From contig NC_045716.1 in the NCBI RefSeq assembly GCF_009834535.1, positions 24,552,001 to 24,616,000 of the forward strand: 64,000 bases of DNA, in the 5' to 3' direction. The stretch is from Camelus ferus. Lineage: Eukaryota. Of this stretch, positions 44,801-57,747 are shown piece by piece; position 1 is the first letter of the stretch, and each line of letters begins with the position of its first letter. The translations under genes were made by a program, and so were the position numbers. Below the pieces are notes generated by a model that worked only from the letters and a program-made list of their open reading frames with translations, was not told the origin of the DNA and ran no database searches.

Positions 44801-47281
44801 GGACTGGACTAGGGACTGGGTGAGAGTAGATGAGGCAGGGGAATGGAATGTGATTAGAGGGTCCCAGCCTCACATGACTCAGTTTTCTCTAGGAGCTGTC
44901 TGGCTTCTCAGGACCCATACTGTGGATGGGATAGCTCCAGAGGCTGTGTGGATATCAGGGGACCTGGTGGGTAAGTGAGGGGCCCCCAGATCTCCTGAGG
45001 AGAAAGTTCCCTGCTACTCAGAGAGGAAGCTGAGGGCCAGGGTAGGGGATGGGGGCAAGATGTATAACCGCTCTGAGCCACCACCATGTCCTCTTAGGAC
45101 TGATGTGGATCCAGCTGGGAACCAGGAATCCATGGAGCATGATGACTGCCAAGGTAAACAGAAGGGCCAGGGGCAGCTGCAGCCATTGTTGAGCACTGCT
45201 CTGATGTGGGCTTTTGTCTTTCTCTCCTCCTGTGACACAGTTATGCCCATCAGTTCTGCATGAAGCTTCCCCCTGCTCTCCATCTTCACCCTCTCTCTCC
45301 CTTCTTCATAGATGGAGCTACTGGGAGTCAGTCTGGCACAGGGGATTCTGCTTATGGTGAGTTCTACGGTCCCAGCTCCACCTTTCCTCATTCAGCCCAC
45401 ACTCACCCAAGTCTGTGCCCCATGGCAGCAGCAAACCAGCACCCTGGACACTTAGAGAGTCTCAGAAAAGGGTTACATCCTCCAAATACCTAGCATGTAG
45501 CTCAGTGCTTGGCACATAATAAGGTGCTTAATAGACAGGTTTTGAACAAATAAATGAAATATCCTGCATGGGGAGCCCTTCCCCATTCCCAGAGGAAAGT
45601 GGGGGCTGCAGTTCTGGACTTTTGGGTTCCAAAGCGGGAGAGTGGGGGACCTGCTCAATGGGTGTCAGAGGTGGAGAGCAGAAACCTCACTAGCTCTGAC
45701 CTGGTCTCTGTCACCAGTGCTTCTGGGTCCTGGCCCTTCCCCTGAGACCCCCAGCCCCCCAAGTGATGCCCACCCCCGGCCCCAGTCTTCCACCCTTGGA
45801 GCTCACACTCAGGGTAAGGGGGCTGACTGGGAGGGACAGGAGTGAAGTGTGGGGCTGCTGATTCTTGAAGAATTCTAAGCCTCTCACTGACCGTTGTTTG
45901 GTGCTCACTAATAATGCCTGTTTTGAAGCCTCCTCTCCCTAGAGCCCCTTCTTCGGCACCGGCACAGTTTGCAGTTGTTCTTGGCATGGCTACAGGGGCC
46001 GGAGCTGGGACGGGGACTCCCCAGGCCCAAGCTCTAGCTTGTGTGTGAGGGTCAGTTCGATGGGCTGTGTGTGTTGAGAGGCCAGGGGGGAGGTGATTCC
46101 TCAAGAGGGTCAAGGCTGCGTTGGATTGAAGCTGAGCAGCAGCAGGAGAGCGTGACACTGCGGAGCTCGCCATCCCGCCCCGGCCTACCTTCGCTGAGCC
46201 CCCTCCTCCCTCTCGGTCGGCAGGCGTGCGCCGGGATCTGCCCCCAGCCTCAGCCTCCCGCTCCGTCCCCATCCCACTTCTTCTGGCCTGTGTGGCTGCA
46301 GCCTTCGCCTTGGGCGCCTCGGTCTCTGGCCTCCTGGTCTCCTGCGCTTGTCGCCGCGCCCACCGACGTCGGAGCAAAGACATCGAGACTCCGGGGCTCC
46401 CGCGCCCTCTCTCCCTTCGCAGCTTAGCCCGGCTGCACGGGGCGGGCCCGGAGCCGCCACCACCGTCCAAGGACGGAGACGGGGCGCAGACGCCCCAGCT
46501 CTACACCACCTTCCTGCCTCCTCCCGAGGCCGTGCCCTCGCCAGAGCTGGCCTGCCTGCCCACCCCGGAGTCCACGCCGGAGCTGCCGGTCAAGCACCTC
46601 CGCCACGCCGGGGGTCCCTGGGAGTGGAACCAGAATGGGAACAACGCCAAGGAGGACCGGCGCTGCGCCCGGGGCGGGAATGCTGCGGGCGGACCGGCGC
46701 CGCGCGTGCTGGTGAGGCCGCCGCCGCCCGGCTGTCCCGGGCAGGCCGTGGAGGTCACCACCCTGGAGGAACTGCTGCGCTACCTGCACGGCCCGCAGCC
46801 GCCCAGGAAGGAGGCCGAGTCCCCGGCCGCGGCCCCTTTCACCTCGCGGGCGCTCCCGCCCGAGCCTGCCCCCACCCCCACCCCCACCCCCACCCCCTTT
46901 GCGGGCTCCAGCCTGCTTCCGCGTGACTGTGCCCCGCCTCGGAGGCTGGACGTGCCCCCGGAGGGCAAGTGCCCGGCCCCCGCCGCCCGGCCTGCGCTCT
47001 CCGCCCCGGCTCCGCGGCTCGGGGTCGGCGGCAGCCGGAGGTTGCCCTTCTCCACGCACCGCGCCCCCCCCGCGCTGCTCACCCGAGTCCCCTCCGGAGG
47101 CCCCTCCAGGTACTCCGGGGGTGCCGGGAGACACCTCTTGTACCTGGGCCGGCCGGAGGGGTGCCGAGGCCGCGCCCTGAAGAGGGTGGACGTCGAGAAG
47201 TGCCAGGTGCCCTCTAAGCCTGCCCTCGTCGGACCCTCTTCCCAGCAGGCCGTCCCTAACGGCAGCCATTTTAACTTTTAA
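38814..47281 (+). CDS. SEMA6C: Semaphorin 6C (Sema + PSI domains, TM helix, Pro-rich cytoplasmic tail); ATG lies inside an N gap (inferred about 38868)
   Basis: Exons 38814-38985 (mostly N, ends CTG CAA G), 40406-about 40520 (mostly N), 40820-40883, 41012-41068, 41424-41525, 41739-41829, 42039-42158, 42344-42432, 42744-42961, 43246-43377, 43650-43802, 44045-44218, 44511-44657, 44893-44970, 45098-45153, 45312-45356, optional 45718-45813, and 46224-47281. Every visible junction is GT-AG and in phase. Motifs include [32 protein letters not shown] and the TM segment [21 protein letters not shown]. Confidence 0.96.
38822..38977. other. N gap (156 nt) inside the first coding exon of SEMA6C
   Basis: Run of N. 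Confidence 0.99.
39200..39470 (+). mobile_element. MIR, near full length
   Basis: GGCAGCACTG...GCTTCAGTCTCCTCATCTGCCAAATGAAGATAATAATAGTA...CTGGCACAAAGTAAATGCT. Confidence 0.8.
40010..40240 (+). mobile_element. MIR
   Basis: GCTCTGGAGTCAGACAGACCTGGATTCGAAT...CCTCATCTATAAAATG...CCTACCTCATAGGGTT. Confidence 0.8.
40415..40546. other. N gap (132 nt) over the second coding exon of SEMA6C and its donor
   Basis: Run of N. Confidence 0.99.
45718..45813 (+). CDS. SEMA6C: In-frame 96-nt cassette exon of SEMA6C (32 aa, extracellular juxtamembrane)
   Basis: CACCAG| ... CAGG|GTAAGG, phase 1-1; encodes [32 protein letters not shown]. Confidence 0.8.
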
Positions 47282-47780
47282 AGGGAGCTGCTCCAAGGCC
47301 TCAAGTGGGACCCCTGACGCCCACGCCCTCGAAGGCCTTGAGCGTGGGCATGTCTCCAAGGACAGGTCCCCTCCCTCTCTCCTTGTTCCACACCTCCAGC
47401 CTTCCTGGACTCTGAGAGTCTCCCAGGGTCTCTGCCCGCCTCGGACTTATTTATTGACTGCCGACTCTTTCCCCCTGTCCTCGAGAGAGGAGTGGGAGGT
47501 GAGAATCTCGCCCCCTCAGTGAGCCAGCTTTTCGGGGGGAACTGGCACACTCCCACTTCCCCCACCTCAGCCAAGCTGCCTTAACTCGCCCCTCCGGGCT
47601 TCCTCCACAGACTGGGCCCTGGGCGGGCCGCACGGCGGACTGACGGGGCTGGGCCACGCGCGTTGTGTACAGCGTCCTCCCGGGACGTGCCTCTCCTACC
47701 GTGTAGGAGCCTCCGCTTCCCAATACAGCTGTGTCCCCCAATCGCTGCCTGACTTTTCTCGCGGAGGGGGCGGGGCAGGG
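46150..47780. other. CpG island over the SEMA6C terminal exon and 3'UTR
   Basis: Visibly very GC- and CpG-rich. Confidence 0.8.
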
Positions 47781-48075
47781 TGGGAATCAGTAGGCTGCTC
47801 TGAGCATCTTTGCCCCAGAATCTCTGCCTTCGTCTTGGCCTTGAGCTCTCTCCCCAGTAATTGGGATGGCTGCGGTCCCACCGGGGTTAATCAGGAAAGG
47901 TTTCCTGAAGGAGGCAAGCAAAGAAATGGTGCTTGGAGATGAACCAGGGCCCAGGAGACCCAGGGTAGAATTTAGGTGGGGTTAGGGAGGGCACTGGGAG
48001 CATGTTTCTGGGTCGAGGTAAGACGGCCTTTTTCGTAACCTGCTCTATGGGGTAGGAGGAGGGTATTTCTGGAGA

Positions 48076-48081
48076 AATAAA
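48076..48081 (+). terminator. Candidate SEMA6C polyadenylation signal
   Basis: First AATAAA I found downstream of the TAA at 47281. Confidence 0.45.
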
Positions 48082-50344
48082 ATGAAGCTGCAGCGTAAGT
48101 GAATTAAGTTTCGCATCAGGAAACCTTGTTATAAAGAGAATTTAGCTGGAAGAGCCTGGGTCGCATGAGGGATCGGCTGCAAAAAAACCAGCAAAGGCTT
48201 CACTCCTCCTGGAGGCAGAGGTTTGCCCCATTAGTTCCCTAAGGAGCAGTTCCTCTTCGCAGAGCGAGAAGGGTATTGAGAAGCGTTCTCTCATTGCACG
48301 CATGCGTAGCCTCCTCCGGGACCGCGCTCAGCCCCACGCGCGGAGGATCAGCCAGCGTGTGTCCTGGTGGTCCTCTGGCCTGGGCTGGCTGCAGACACCT
48401 GTTTGTTACTCCCGAGGGCCAATGAGAGGGGAGAACAGGACGGCCTGTCCCACCCACTACCTTGAGCTGAGGACACTTAAGGCCTCGCGCAGGCGGTTGC
48501 ATGTCTTTACGGATTTACAAGTTCCGTTTTTCACCCCCGTGAGGCCGGAGTGTCCGCCCGGTTGGAGCCCTAGGCTGCCCTCCCGCTGGCGTAGCCTGGA
48601 GGCCAGACAACGCCCTACAGCGAAGGAAGCCTCGCCAGCCCCTCTCTCCATTCTTTGCCTAAAAGCCTTCGGTGGGAATCCGCTGGGAACAATTTTGTGA
48701 AGTACCCTAAAATGGTTTATAGCGCCAACCTTTACTTCTTGTGATCCTGCCTAGCCAGAGCTCTAATCTAAGCCTCTGTTTCCTCATCTGAAAAATGGGG
48801 TTGAGAGGTTCAAGTACGATAATATATGTAAAAACGTTTTCCTAAGAAGAAAATACTGGTATCTTGTGAAACGGTGGTTCCTCCAAACTCACACTTAGGC
48901 TATTCCTATCTGTGATTTGCTGCTTCTCAGCAACCCGTTTCCCTTTGTATCCTTGTAACATTCATTTATAGATTTTACCCTCAAGGTTTTTAAATGCCTT
49001 CTGAACACTTATTACACCTGGGTTAACTTGTTCTGCCAAATTCTGTCCTCCAGCGTCTACCCTCTTTTTTGCTTGGAGCTTGTTTCACCAGATTGGCGAG
49101 GTCCTTTAGATCTCAGTTTTCCCCTCACTGAGTGCCTTACTTAAACCAAGATATTTTGAAATCATTGCTAATTTCTAGATAGTGGAGGAGAGCAAGGAAG
49201 GAGGTCAGAAGCTTTCCAATCACCTGACTTCATTAGCCTCTTCAAACCAAGCCCGGACAAAGAAACAATTTAAGGCTGCCGCCTTTCATAGACCTGAGTC
49301 TTGCCCTGAAGGTGGTCACAAAGAAAGGGGTAAATGATCCTGAAGTTTAAATATAGACCCAAAAGAGAAGTATTAATGGAAATTTAACCTTGTGACTCTT
49401 GTGACTTATTGTGAAGGTTGTTCATTAGTATTTATAACGTATGGCAACTTCTCTAGCCAGGAGTGCCTAAGCTGGGCTCTCAGAACCTCCTCAGGGCTAG
49501 TGAAAACAACCACGTTGCAGTGAGAGCAACAGCTCTTTGACTCTGCCAGTTAATGGTTTGTGGGTGTCCTTGGCAATTCAACTTACTTCTCTATGCCTCA
49601 ATTTCTTTTGTACAGTATGGAAAGAACATTAAGTCAACAGGGGTTTATAAAGCACCATATATATAGGTTCAAATTAAGCGTTTTGTGGGAAACGGTTATT
49701 TGCCCAAAATAACATAGACTACCAAGAATATAATTCATTAATACTCATGAAATACCTCATCCTGACAGTAGTGAATAATAAATTAAGGAATGAATTGGAA
49801 GAAATTATTATCATTGACAACAGAGGGATAAACATGATCCCAATTAAGGAATCTGATAGTCTCTTAAAAATTAGGATACTGCTCAAACTTTGTCTTTAGA
49901 CAAACCAGAATGTGCCAACAAGAGGATAAAGTCATCATCCTGAGGGACTTCTAAGCTGATTTCTCAGAGGCATCTTGGGAGGTTATGGAGAAACCAGGGC
50001 CCCAGTAGGCAGAGTCCATCAGCTTGTATAAAGCTTTGGGGACCTGAAGCACAGAAGGTGCCACAGTCACAAAGCTTGAAAAGCTGTTCAGCATCTTGGG
50101 TTCTTTGGGAGCTAAGTCACAGGGGCCTGAGCTATTACTGTCTCTCAGATTTATGTCTCCTTGATGCCACCACCCCACACTTGGGAAATCACATAGGTAT
50201 GAGTCACCCTCTGTTACTTAATCCAGCAGTTGACCCTTCAGAACTGTTGACGCATAAGAATTTAAGGTTACATGTATGAGAGTATGGTTGAAGTCCATGG
50301 GTAAAATATGAATTCTATGAATCCAAAAGATCACTTACCTTTAC

Positions 50345-50777
50345 CAGGTGTGTGTTAGGGTTCCACTAGGAAATAGTTGACATGTTCAAAATGAAGAGCT
50401 ACTTTTTAAAAAGTGTTGGCAAGGGACAGGTCAGTAACTGGAGGCTAGCAACAGGCTTATGCCTGAAAGGACAAAAGGAGGTAGTGGTTACAGGGACTCA
50501 GAAGGCGAGATTGCATTGAGAGGAGCAGTGACCTTTAATCAAACGGTACAACTAGGCCCAGGTGACCCCAAGGGAGGGAACCTGGGAAATCAAAACACTG
50601 ATTTCAGTCTTTTCTCTCCATCCAGTCTCCTGCTCAGAGCTCCCTGCTGACTGAATCCAACTGGAAGCCAAAGTGCAGGGAGCCTACTGATAATGCAGGT
50701 TAGCCTTCCAGCTCAGAGAATGAGCTACAGGAGGGAGAAGAGTAATCTGCAAGGAAAGACAGAAGATATCTAGCATA
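50345..50777 (-). mobile_element. ERVL-class solo LTR remnant (LTR33-like)
   Basis: Ends ...AATCCAACTGGAAGCCAAAGTGCAGGGAGCC...AGAAGATATCTAGCATA; recognised from memory. Confidence 0.5.
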
Positions 50778-51074
50778 TGTAGAGATAAAGATCCCATCCA
50801 TTCCCCACAAGAGATTATCTTTGACTCTCCTTGCTTATGTTGGTGTCCAGTAACTTCACGGAGATGTCTCCTGAATTAGTTTTGGAGTAAAACTTACTTT
50901 GGGGATTTTGCAGGGAAGACTGCTTGGAAAAGTTACAGAAGTCCCCAGTTTCTTGACTGCAACTTGAAATGAATCAAGCTGTCCAAAGTCAAGTGAGATA
51001 GTATTGGTTTTTAAATTTTTTTCCTTTAGTTTTTTTTATTGAGATGTAATTTACATACAGCACTGAATATAATT

Positions 51075-51198
51075 TCTTTTTTGGGGGGTGGGGGTAATTA
51101 GGTTTTTATTTATTTATTTAAATGGCAGTACTGGAGATTGAACCCAGGACCTTGTGCTTGCTAGGCAAGCACTCTACCACTGACCTATACCCTCCCCG
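51075..51198 (-). mobile_element. Vic-1-like SINE
   Basis: Reverse complement gives GGGGAGGGTATAGGTCAGTGGTAGAG...GGGTTCAATCTCCAGTACT plus tail. Confidence 0.88.
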
Positions 51199-52634
51199 TT
51201 AGTATTGTGATTAAAGGACAAACTACAGAGGAAAAAACACTAATAACTCTATGTAGAAACTGTAACTTCGGAAACAATAATTTTTAAAGCTAAGAGGCTT
51301 GGGGCAAAGTCACAGCCTGTTTTTTTGGTTTTTTTTTCCTGTATCTATATACTGAAGATAACACACAACTTGCAAAACAGGTATGTTTTTGTGTATGCAG
51401 AGTACCTAGCTCACTGCCAGACATGCAGCAAAAGCTAAAAGCATGGAAGCTATTGTTATTATTTATGATCCTGGCCTCTCTCTCAAGCCTCATTTTACTT
51501 TATAATAAGAAGTTTCTAAACTTTAAGACTGGTTACAGGAGCAGAGCCCCACACATTAATCGGGGTCCCCTATAGTCTTAAGTAACTTTCTGTTACCTAT
51601 GAGAATCTTGCACAAATCCTACCGAGGTGTAATTATCACTGAGTTGCTCCCACTTCCACCTTCTCTTGTATTTTCTACCTACTGATCTTCTTGGAGTAGA
51701 GGGCTCACTTTTACAGAGAGAGAAAATCTTAAGAAAGTTGCCCTAAGTTCATATTTTTTCCCATCATTTCTGAATATTACCCTTCAGAGAAATCTAGGTT
51801 CCTCTCTCTCCAATACCCTTCCAGCCTTCCCATATGCCTAATGATTTCTCTCACTGGGATTTTAATTCAACAAAACTTTTGGTTCTTTGCTTCTCAAGGC
51901 TCTTCAAGTCCCTGCTCTTTTTCTGTCAGAAGAGCAAAGATCATATGTACACTTATGAGGTAACTGCCAGATGTACTTTATAATTAATATGTACACAATA
52001 TTTGTTGATTATATGTATTTACCAAAAGCAATTATCCACATGCAGCCTAATACATGGCGGATGTTCAATTTCCTAAATATTGGCTTTGAGAGCTTGCCTG
52101 GAGATTCTAGTGTTGAACACTGAGGCTTGTATGTCCTTGACTTTGGTATTACCCTCCTTTAAGAAAAGCATGTTTATTGACAATGGAACAGCTTTTGAAA
52201 ATACTATACACTAGATGGGGACACCCACCTAGCCAGCCAGAAGGGTCTGTTCAAGCCTGGCTATCAATGGAGGCTGCGCCACAAGCAGACTGCTACTTGT
52301 ACATACTTGACGTGTGCTGAATTGGACTGAGATAACAAGAAGCATCTTAGTAATTATGAGTAGCTGAGAAGCCAGCAGAGCAAATACACTATTTCCAAGC
52401 CTCCCTGACCTGATGCTCCCCCCACCCGTACCTGAGCATTGACTTTACTCCCACACAAGGCACAGAATCACTTCCTTCACCTACTGTTCTCCTCTCTTAG
52501 TCGTTTGCTTTTAGGGAAGGGAGTAGGGGGTGAAAGAAGGGAAGAAGATGTAAATTTAACAAGCCAGTCAAAAGTTCTCTCCATTCTTCCTTCAGTCCTT
52601 ACTTCAACTTGCTGTCTGTTAAGAATACCAACTT

Positions 52635-52760
52635 GGGGGGGTGGGTGTAGCTCAGTGGAAGAGTGCCAAGGTCCTGGGTTCAGTCCCCAGTACCTCCTCC
52701 AAAAAACAAACAAACAAACAAACACACCTAATTGTCTCCTCCCTCAAAAAAAAAAAAACA
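52635..52760 (+). mobile_element. Vic-1-like SINE with internal deletion and (CAAA)n tail
   Basis: GTGTAGCTCAGTGGAAGAGTGCCAAGGTCCTGGGTTCAGTCCCCAGTACCTCC. Confidence 0.85.
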
Positions 52761-52945
52761 GGTAAGGAAAAGGCAGAGGGTGTGAATGAGTTAGAAGAAC
52801 TGCCCCCACCAAAACCCTCCAGCTGCCCCGCCCTCATTAGCTGGGCTGGTGGGGAGACTTGCTGTTGAGGTTTATCTGTGACCAGAGTAGATTGCCCAGG
52901 AGGTGGAAAAAATTTCAGTGACACCTGAAATGGTAAGACTGACAA

Positions 52946-55900
52946 TTTATTAAGAAACATCTTTTTATTTTAAATGATAGTACAAAACCTGTATATATAA
53001 TATAGATCTGTATAGGTGTACATACATACAAATGCTCACACACACGGACTTCCTCATCAGAATCAAACCCTATTTTATTAAAATCCTAAATAAAAGAGAA
53101 GTATACTTAAGTTTTCCTAAAACATACTGTACATAAAGCTGTCTGAAAACCTGAAAAACTGAAGATGTTTTGAGAAGAGTCTAGGCACCCCACCTACCCT
53201 CTCTCTGTTCCCACAAATGGCCTTGGCAGAAGGACAGTACACAGGGCAAAACCAGAGAAGGGAGCTGCTAGCATTAGTTTGTTGATAGAGCAAGATGCCT
53301 GAAAGCAAACTAGGAAGCACAGGATACAGGGTGTGACCTAGATTAATTCTCAGAAACAAACCACTTAAGAATAAACAGAAAATATATGGCAGCGAAGGAG
53401 GGGAGTGGAAATAGGAAAGACAAGGCCCATAGATATTAGAAATGACCTACTAATTAAGTTCTAATGCCTGGGAAAGACTCAATGAGATAAGAACAATGGG
53501 GTCACAGAAGCAGAAGTAGTTATAGGGGAAAGGGGAGGAGAGAGAGAGAGGGAATCACAATTTCCTGCCATTAACAAGCCAAATTGCTACTGTAGAGTCT
53601 AGAGTCTAGGGACATCACCCCACCCCCAAATCTTAGAGGGGCTTAAAAAAAAAAAGGCAGCACCAGAGGTTCAAAGCTACTCAATTCGAATTCACATCCT
53701 TCTTGCTCCTGGTCTCTTGTTAAATACATTGGCAAAGGAAACAGATTACAAACTCAGAAGGGGAAAATATCACATAAAATGGAAATAGATAAGAGCCTAG
53801 AGCAGCACATAGGTAGTTTTCATATGATTTCCATTCTAAAGCTCCCTTTCTGGCCATACAGAGATGTCTACACAAGGAGTGGAAAATAGGAGGCCATTCA
53901 CCAATAAATTTGGACAAAAACTAATTCCCATTCAATGTTAAACTTCTGGGAAGAGTTCACTATACGCCTCAAATCTTCTAGCTCTGGAGGCCCATATTGT
54001 TGTTTGTTAGGGAAGAGCCATGCAAGCTTTTGCAAAATAATTTCTTAAAAGGATGAGATATCTAAACTGGGAAAGTAAATGTACAGAATGTCTGCTCCTG
54101 CCATGGACCTTTACCTAGGGTTTCTTTTCTGTTCAGGGGTGTAAGAAACTGTACAAAGGCCAGTCACAACAGCTGCCATAGGAGCAGAAAGGAGGCTCAC
54201 TCTGTGGAAAGGCAGCTCTATCTCCACCCCTGACACTACCCTGAATCTTTCAATTTACATGATGTCATCACATGATATGTTAAAGAAATCTTTGCAAAGC
54301 TGGGTACTGGCTCTCCCGAGGGCCTCACTCCTCAGGTTTCTCATTAGTGCCTGTTGAGTATGCCTCTCAGAAAAGAGCCCAACTAATGCTTTTTCTTCCT
54401 CAGTCCCTTTAATGAATCTAAAGAAACCCTCTCTAATGTGTTTAATGAAATAAAAATATTTCCAGCTTTACCAGGTACTTTAGAGTTGAACCCCAAATAA
54501 ACAAAGAGAAAAGTGGAAAAATCCGTATGTATTTATAAACACACACACTAATAGACACACAGCAAAGGGGTGTAAAAATGCCCTCTTCACAAAATAAGTT
54601 AACTTCAACTGGAGAGCCCTCTGGTAAATTCATTTCTTTTAGCAATATAAAGAAAGAATGTACGCTGTAGATTTCTAACATTACTGAGCAGACACAAAAA
54701 TTTTAATAATGCAATAGGAAGGCTGAAGGGGGAGAAGCAAAGCCAAAAATTATGAAACACAGATCTGACAGAGAAAAAGAACATCTTTTAAGGTGCTGAG
54801 TTCAAAACACAGAAAACCTAAAGCCAAGTTCTCCCATATTTCAATTAGGAGACCTCAACTCTGGCATTACAATGAAGAGATCCCACAGAGGTAGTGACAG
54901 GAAGGGAATGCACATTTATACATATGTAAGTAACTTCCCTGAAGCTAGGAACAAGAACAGAAATATTAAGATTTACTTCTTTCTCTTTTTTAGGGGAAAG
55001 CTTAAGATCAAAATGCAAATGCAGGATCTAAAATTCCTATATTAATACTGATATTATTAAAGCAGCTTTATTTTAAAATAGGCAACCATCCTAAGCTCCA
55101 GGTTTCTCCTGCTCAAGTACCACCTCTGAACCACTTGTCTGTTATTTGATTCTCTGTAATCCAACCTTGCTAATAAGCCAGTTGGAATCCCCTAACCCGG
55201 ACGATCTAGCAACATTTTCCCAACTTCCATGTTGATTCAAAAAAATTGCAAAATCACAGAACAGTACTGCCATTAATGTCTTTAATATTTAACTTCTAAC
55301 TACTTCAAGGGACCCCGACCTAACATTCTCTCTATGGCAATACAACTGGAGGTCAAATCCTACTTCCCTTCTCTGGGATGCGAAAAGGGCTATTCCAAGT
55401 AAACAAAAACAAATGCCTTTTTGCTACCCAGCCCTTTCCAGACACGTTCCTTCTTTCTCTCCCTATCCCAACCTCTCTTTTAACCCCCTATCTCAGAGAC
55501 CCCATCATCAAAAGTAACTTGGGCTGTATTTTGGGGGTGAGAAAGAGAGTCTCTTACAGAAAAAGAATAAAGAAAACCTCTAAATAGTTCCAAAACAGTA
55601 TGGACTCTGTATGCTCAGAAGGGAGTGTTGGATGGAAACCCCCTGCCACCAGTCAGAAGCTACCTCAGAGGGTGAGGTGGTTGGGCCTGGATATCTTCTG
55701 CAGAGTTAATCTCCACCCTCTTTACAGGACAGAAAAAAAGAAGGAATTAAAGTCAATATATACACCAAGAACACACAAAATACATCTAAAAAGACACCTG
55801 GTCCCTCTATAGTTAAGCTAAAGCTCTGAAATGGCACACAATAGCAGCTTATTGTCAGCACCTGATTCACAAAGGGACTCAGAAAAGGAAAAACACTGCG

Positions 55901-57747
55901 AACAGTAACAGGATGATTTAACAGCAGATACCACAATTTTACTCTCACTCTTACCTAGGCTGGCCCTCTGCACTTCTCCATCATCCCCTACAGCGCAGAG
56001 TAATCTGGGAAGTGCTCAGTACTTGAGAAAACCTAGCTAAGGTGGCCAGGAGCCAAGATTAATTTTAAAAACTGATATTTTTGCCTATAAGCCTCTAATA
56101 GCCAATTCTGTTTGTTAAATTTGATTTGGGGAGTTCTGTTTTCAGTCTATTTTGGGCCCCAAATGATTCTGCACCTCTGGAAAACTGCAGCAAATTCCTT
56201 CACTAATCAAGGTAAACAGAACCATGTTAACTGTCAAGTTTTATTCCAAATTAAAAATGTATGTTTTCCCCATGATTGCTAATTAAGAAAAGAGTATTCT
56301 AAACAGTCATTCAAATGTTTACTTGGCACATCTCCCTCTGGTTGCTTCTAATTTACAACAAAGCAAGCAAACATGCAAGTCCAGGATGATGAGGACACAA
56401 TTTCAAAGGCAATAACCTTTGTAATGTAACCTCTCCACAACCCTTCTCTCTCCATCCATATTCCCTTTCTTTAAAATAAAAAACTCTAAGCTGGCAAACA
56501 AAAAAGTCTCAGCAATGGAACACTTTCCCAAAGTGTCTAGGCAAAGGGAGCTGGCATAGTGGGAGAGAAGGGAGTAAGGTGATGAAGTGTCTGGCCAGAA
56601 TCTTTGGTTCCTTGCTTTATGGCACTGATGTTACTCCCTTTGCCAACACACTGAGCACCTTTAAGGCACAAAAGCTCTGCACAAGACCTGACCTCAAGGA
56701 AACAGAGCAATTACTCATCCCAAATCAGATGGAAAAAAACTACACAGCATCCTCAGCATTCACCTCTCCTCTCCTTGCATATGAGAGGATACCATGTAAA
56801 CTCCACAGAAAGGCACACTTAGAAAACTCAGATGTTTATAAAATAAGAAGTTGGTATTAAAGCCTGATACTACATAAATAAATGTTTGGAAGCAAGCTGT
56901 TCTAACAACAGACTACCCTCTTGATTGCGATTTTATAAAATCCAGCCAGCAAAGTTGGTATCTTGAGACCAGATTGCTTCCTAACCCCACAAGCCTCGTT
57001 CTGGCCACTCTCCAGCATTGTAGAAGCACAGCCTGCAGGATTTTGGATTTATATACACTTCTCCCACATCAAGTTTTCTTTCCTTTCCAGTTTTTAAAAA
57101 TTCTATGTCTGTTTCTTTTAAACTGGCATCTGAGCTACGGACACACAATGGATGCAAATTCATTCAGACAATCACAAATTTCTTTTCAGTGAAATTAACC
57201 CAGAATAGTGGGGAGTGCCTGCCTTCTCCTTTGGAAGTGGAATATAGTTCTTTCTTTTCCCCAAAGCTTGCTTCTAATCTCTCCTCTCCATTAGTTTTCT
57301 TTCTTTTTTTTTTTTTCAGTTAGATTTCTTCTTTAACGGGTACACATCATAAATCTAAGGCAACTTTTCAGGTCACTTGATGGTGCAACCATTAAAGGCT
57401 CTGAGTGTGTCCGTATTAGGAATATTATTTTAAAATCTTTTGATAGAAAGTCAGTTTTTTAAAAAACAATCAATCCACAACGTCCAGCATTCTTTCAGCT
57501 CTATACTTAAAGCAATGATGTGAGCTGAGAAACTTGGTCCTTTTCCTTTTGGTCACTCAGAAGATATGTTTCCTAAATTTGGCTTTGAATTTTCCAGTTG
57601 CATAGAGAGCCTTCCTGAGCCCAAGCATTGTACCCTGCGATAGTTTTCTTCTTTAGGACATTCTTAATTTTTATGTAATGTTTGTCCTTGTATTTTCTTT
57701 TAAAAAGAGGAAAAAGATGGCATAGTACAAGTTGTGGCCCTTGCACA
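52946..57747 (-). other. GABPB2: Inferred long 3'UTR of GABPB2 (about 4.8 kb) ending near paired poly(A) signals
   Basis: TE-poor AT-rich stretch after the stop codon, with AATAAA on - at 52964-52969 and 52946-52951. The end point is an inference. Confidence 0.5.

Noticed and set aside
46424-47359. 311-aa antisense ORF and other ORFs over the SEMA6C last exon
   Set aside because: Shadow frames of a very GC-rich coding exon.
48947-48954. GTATCCTT U12-type donor consensus near a minor-spliceosome gene
   Set aside because: Intergenic, with no exon upstream. All introns traced in the window are U2-type (GT-AG or GC-AG).
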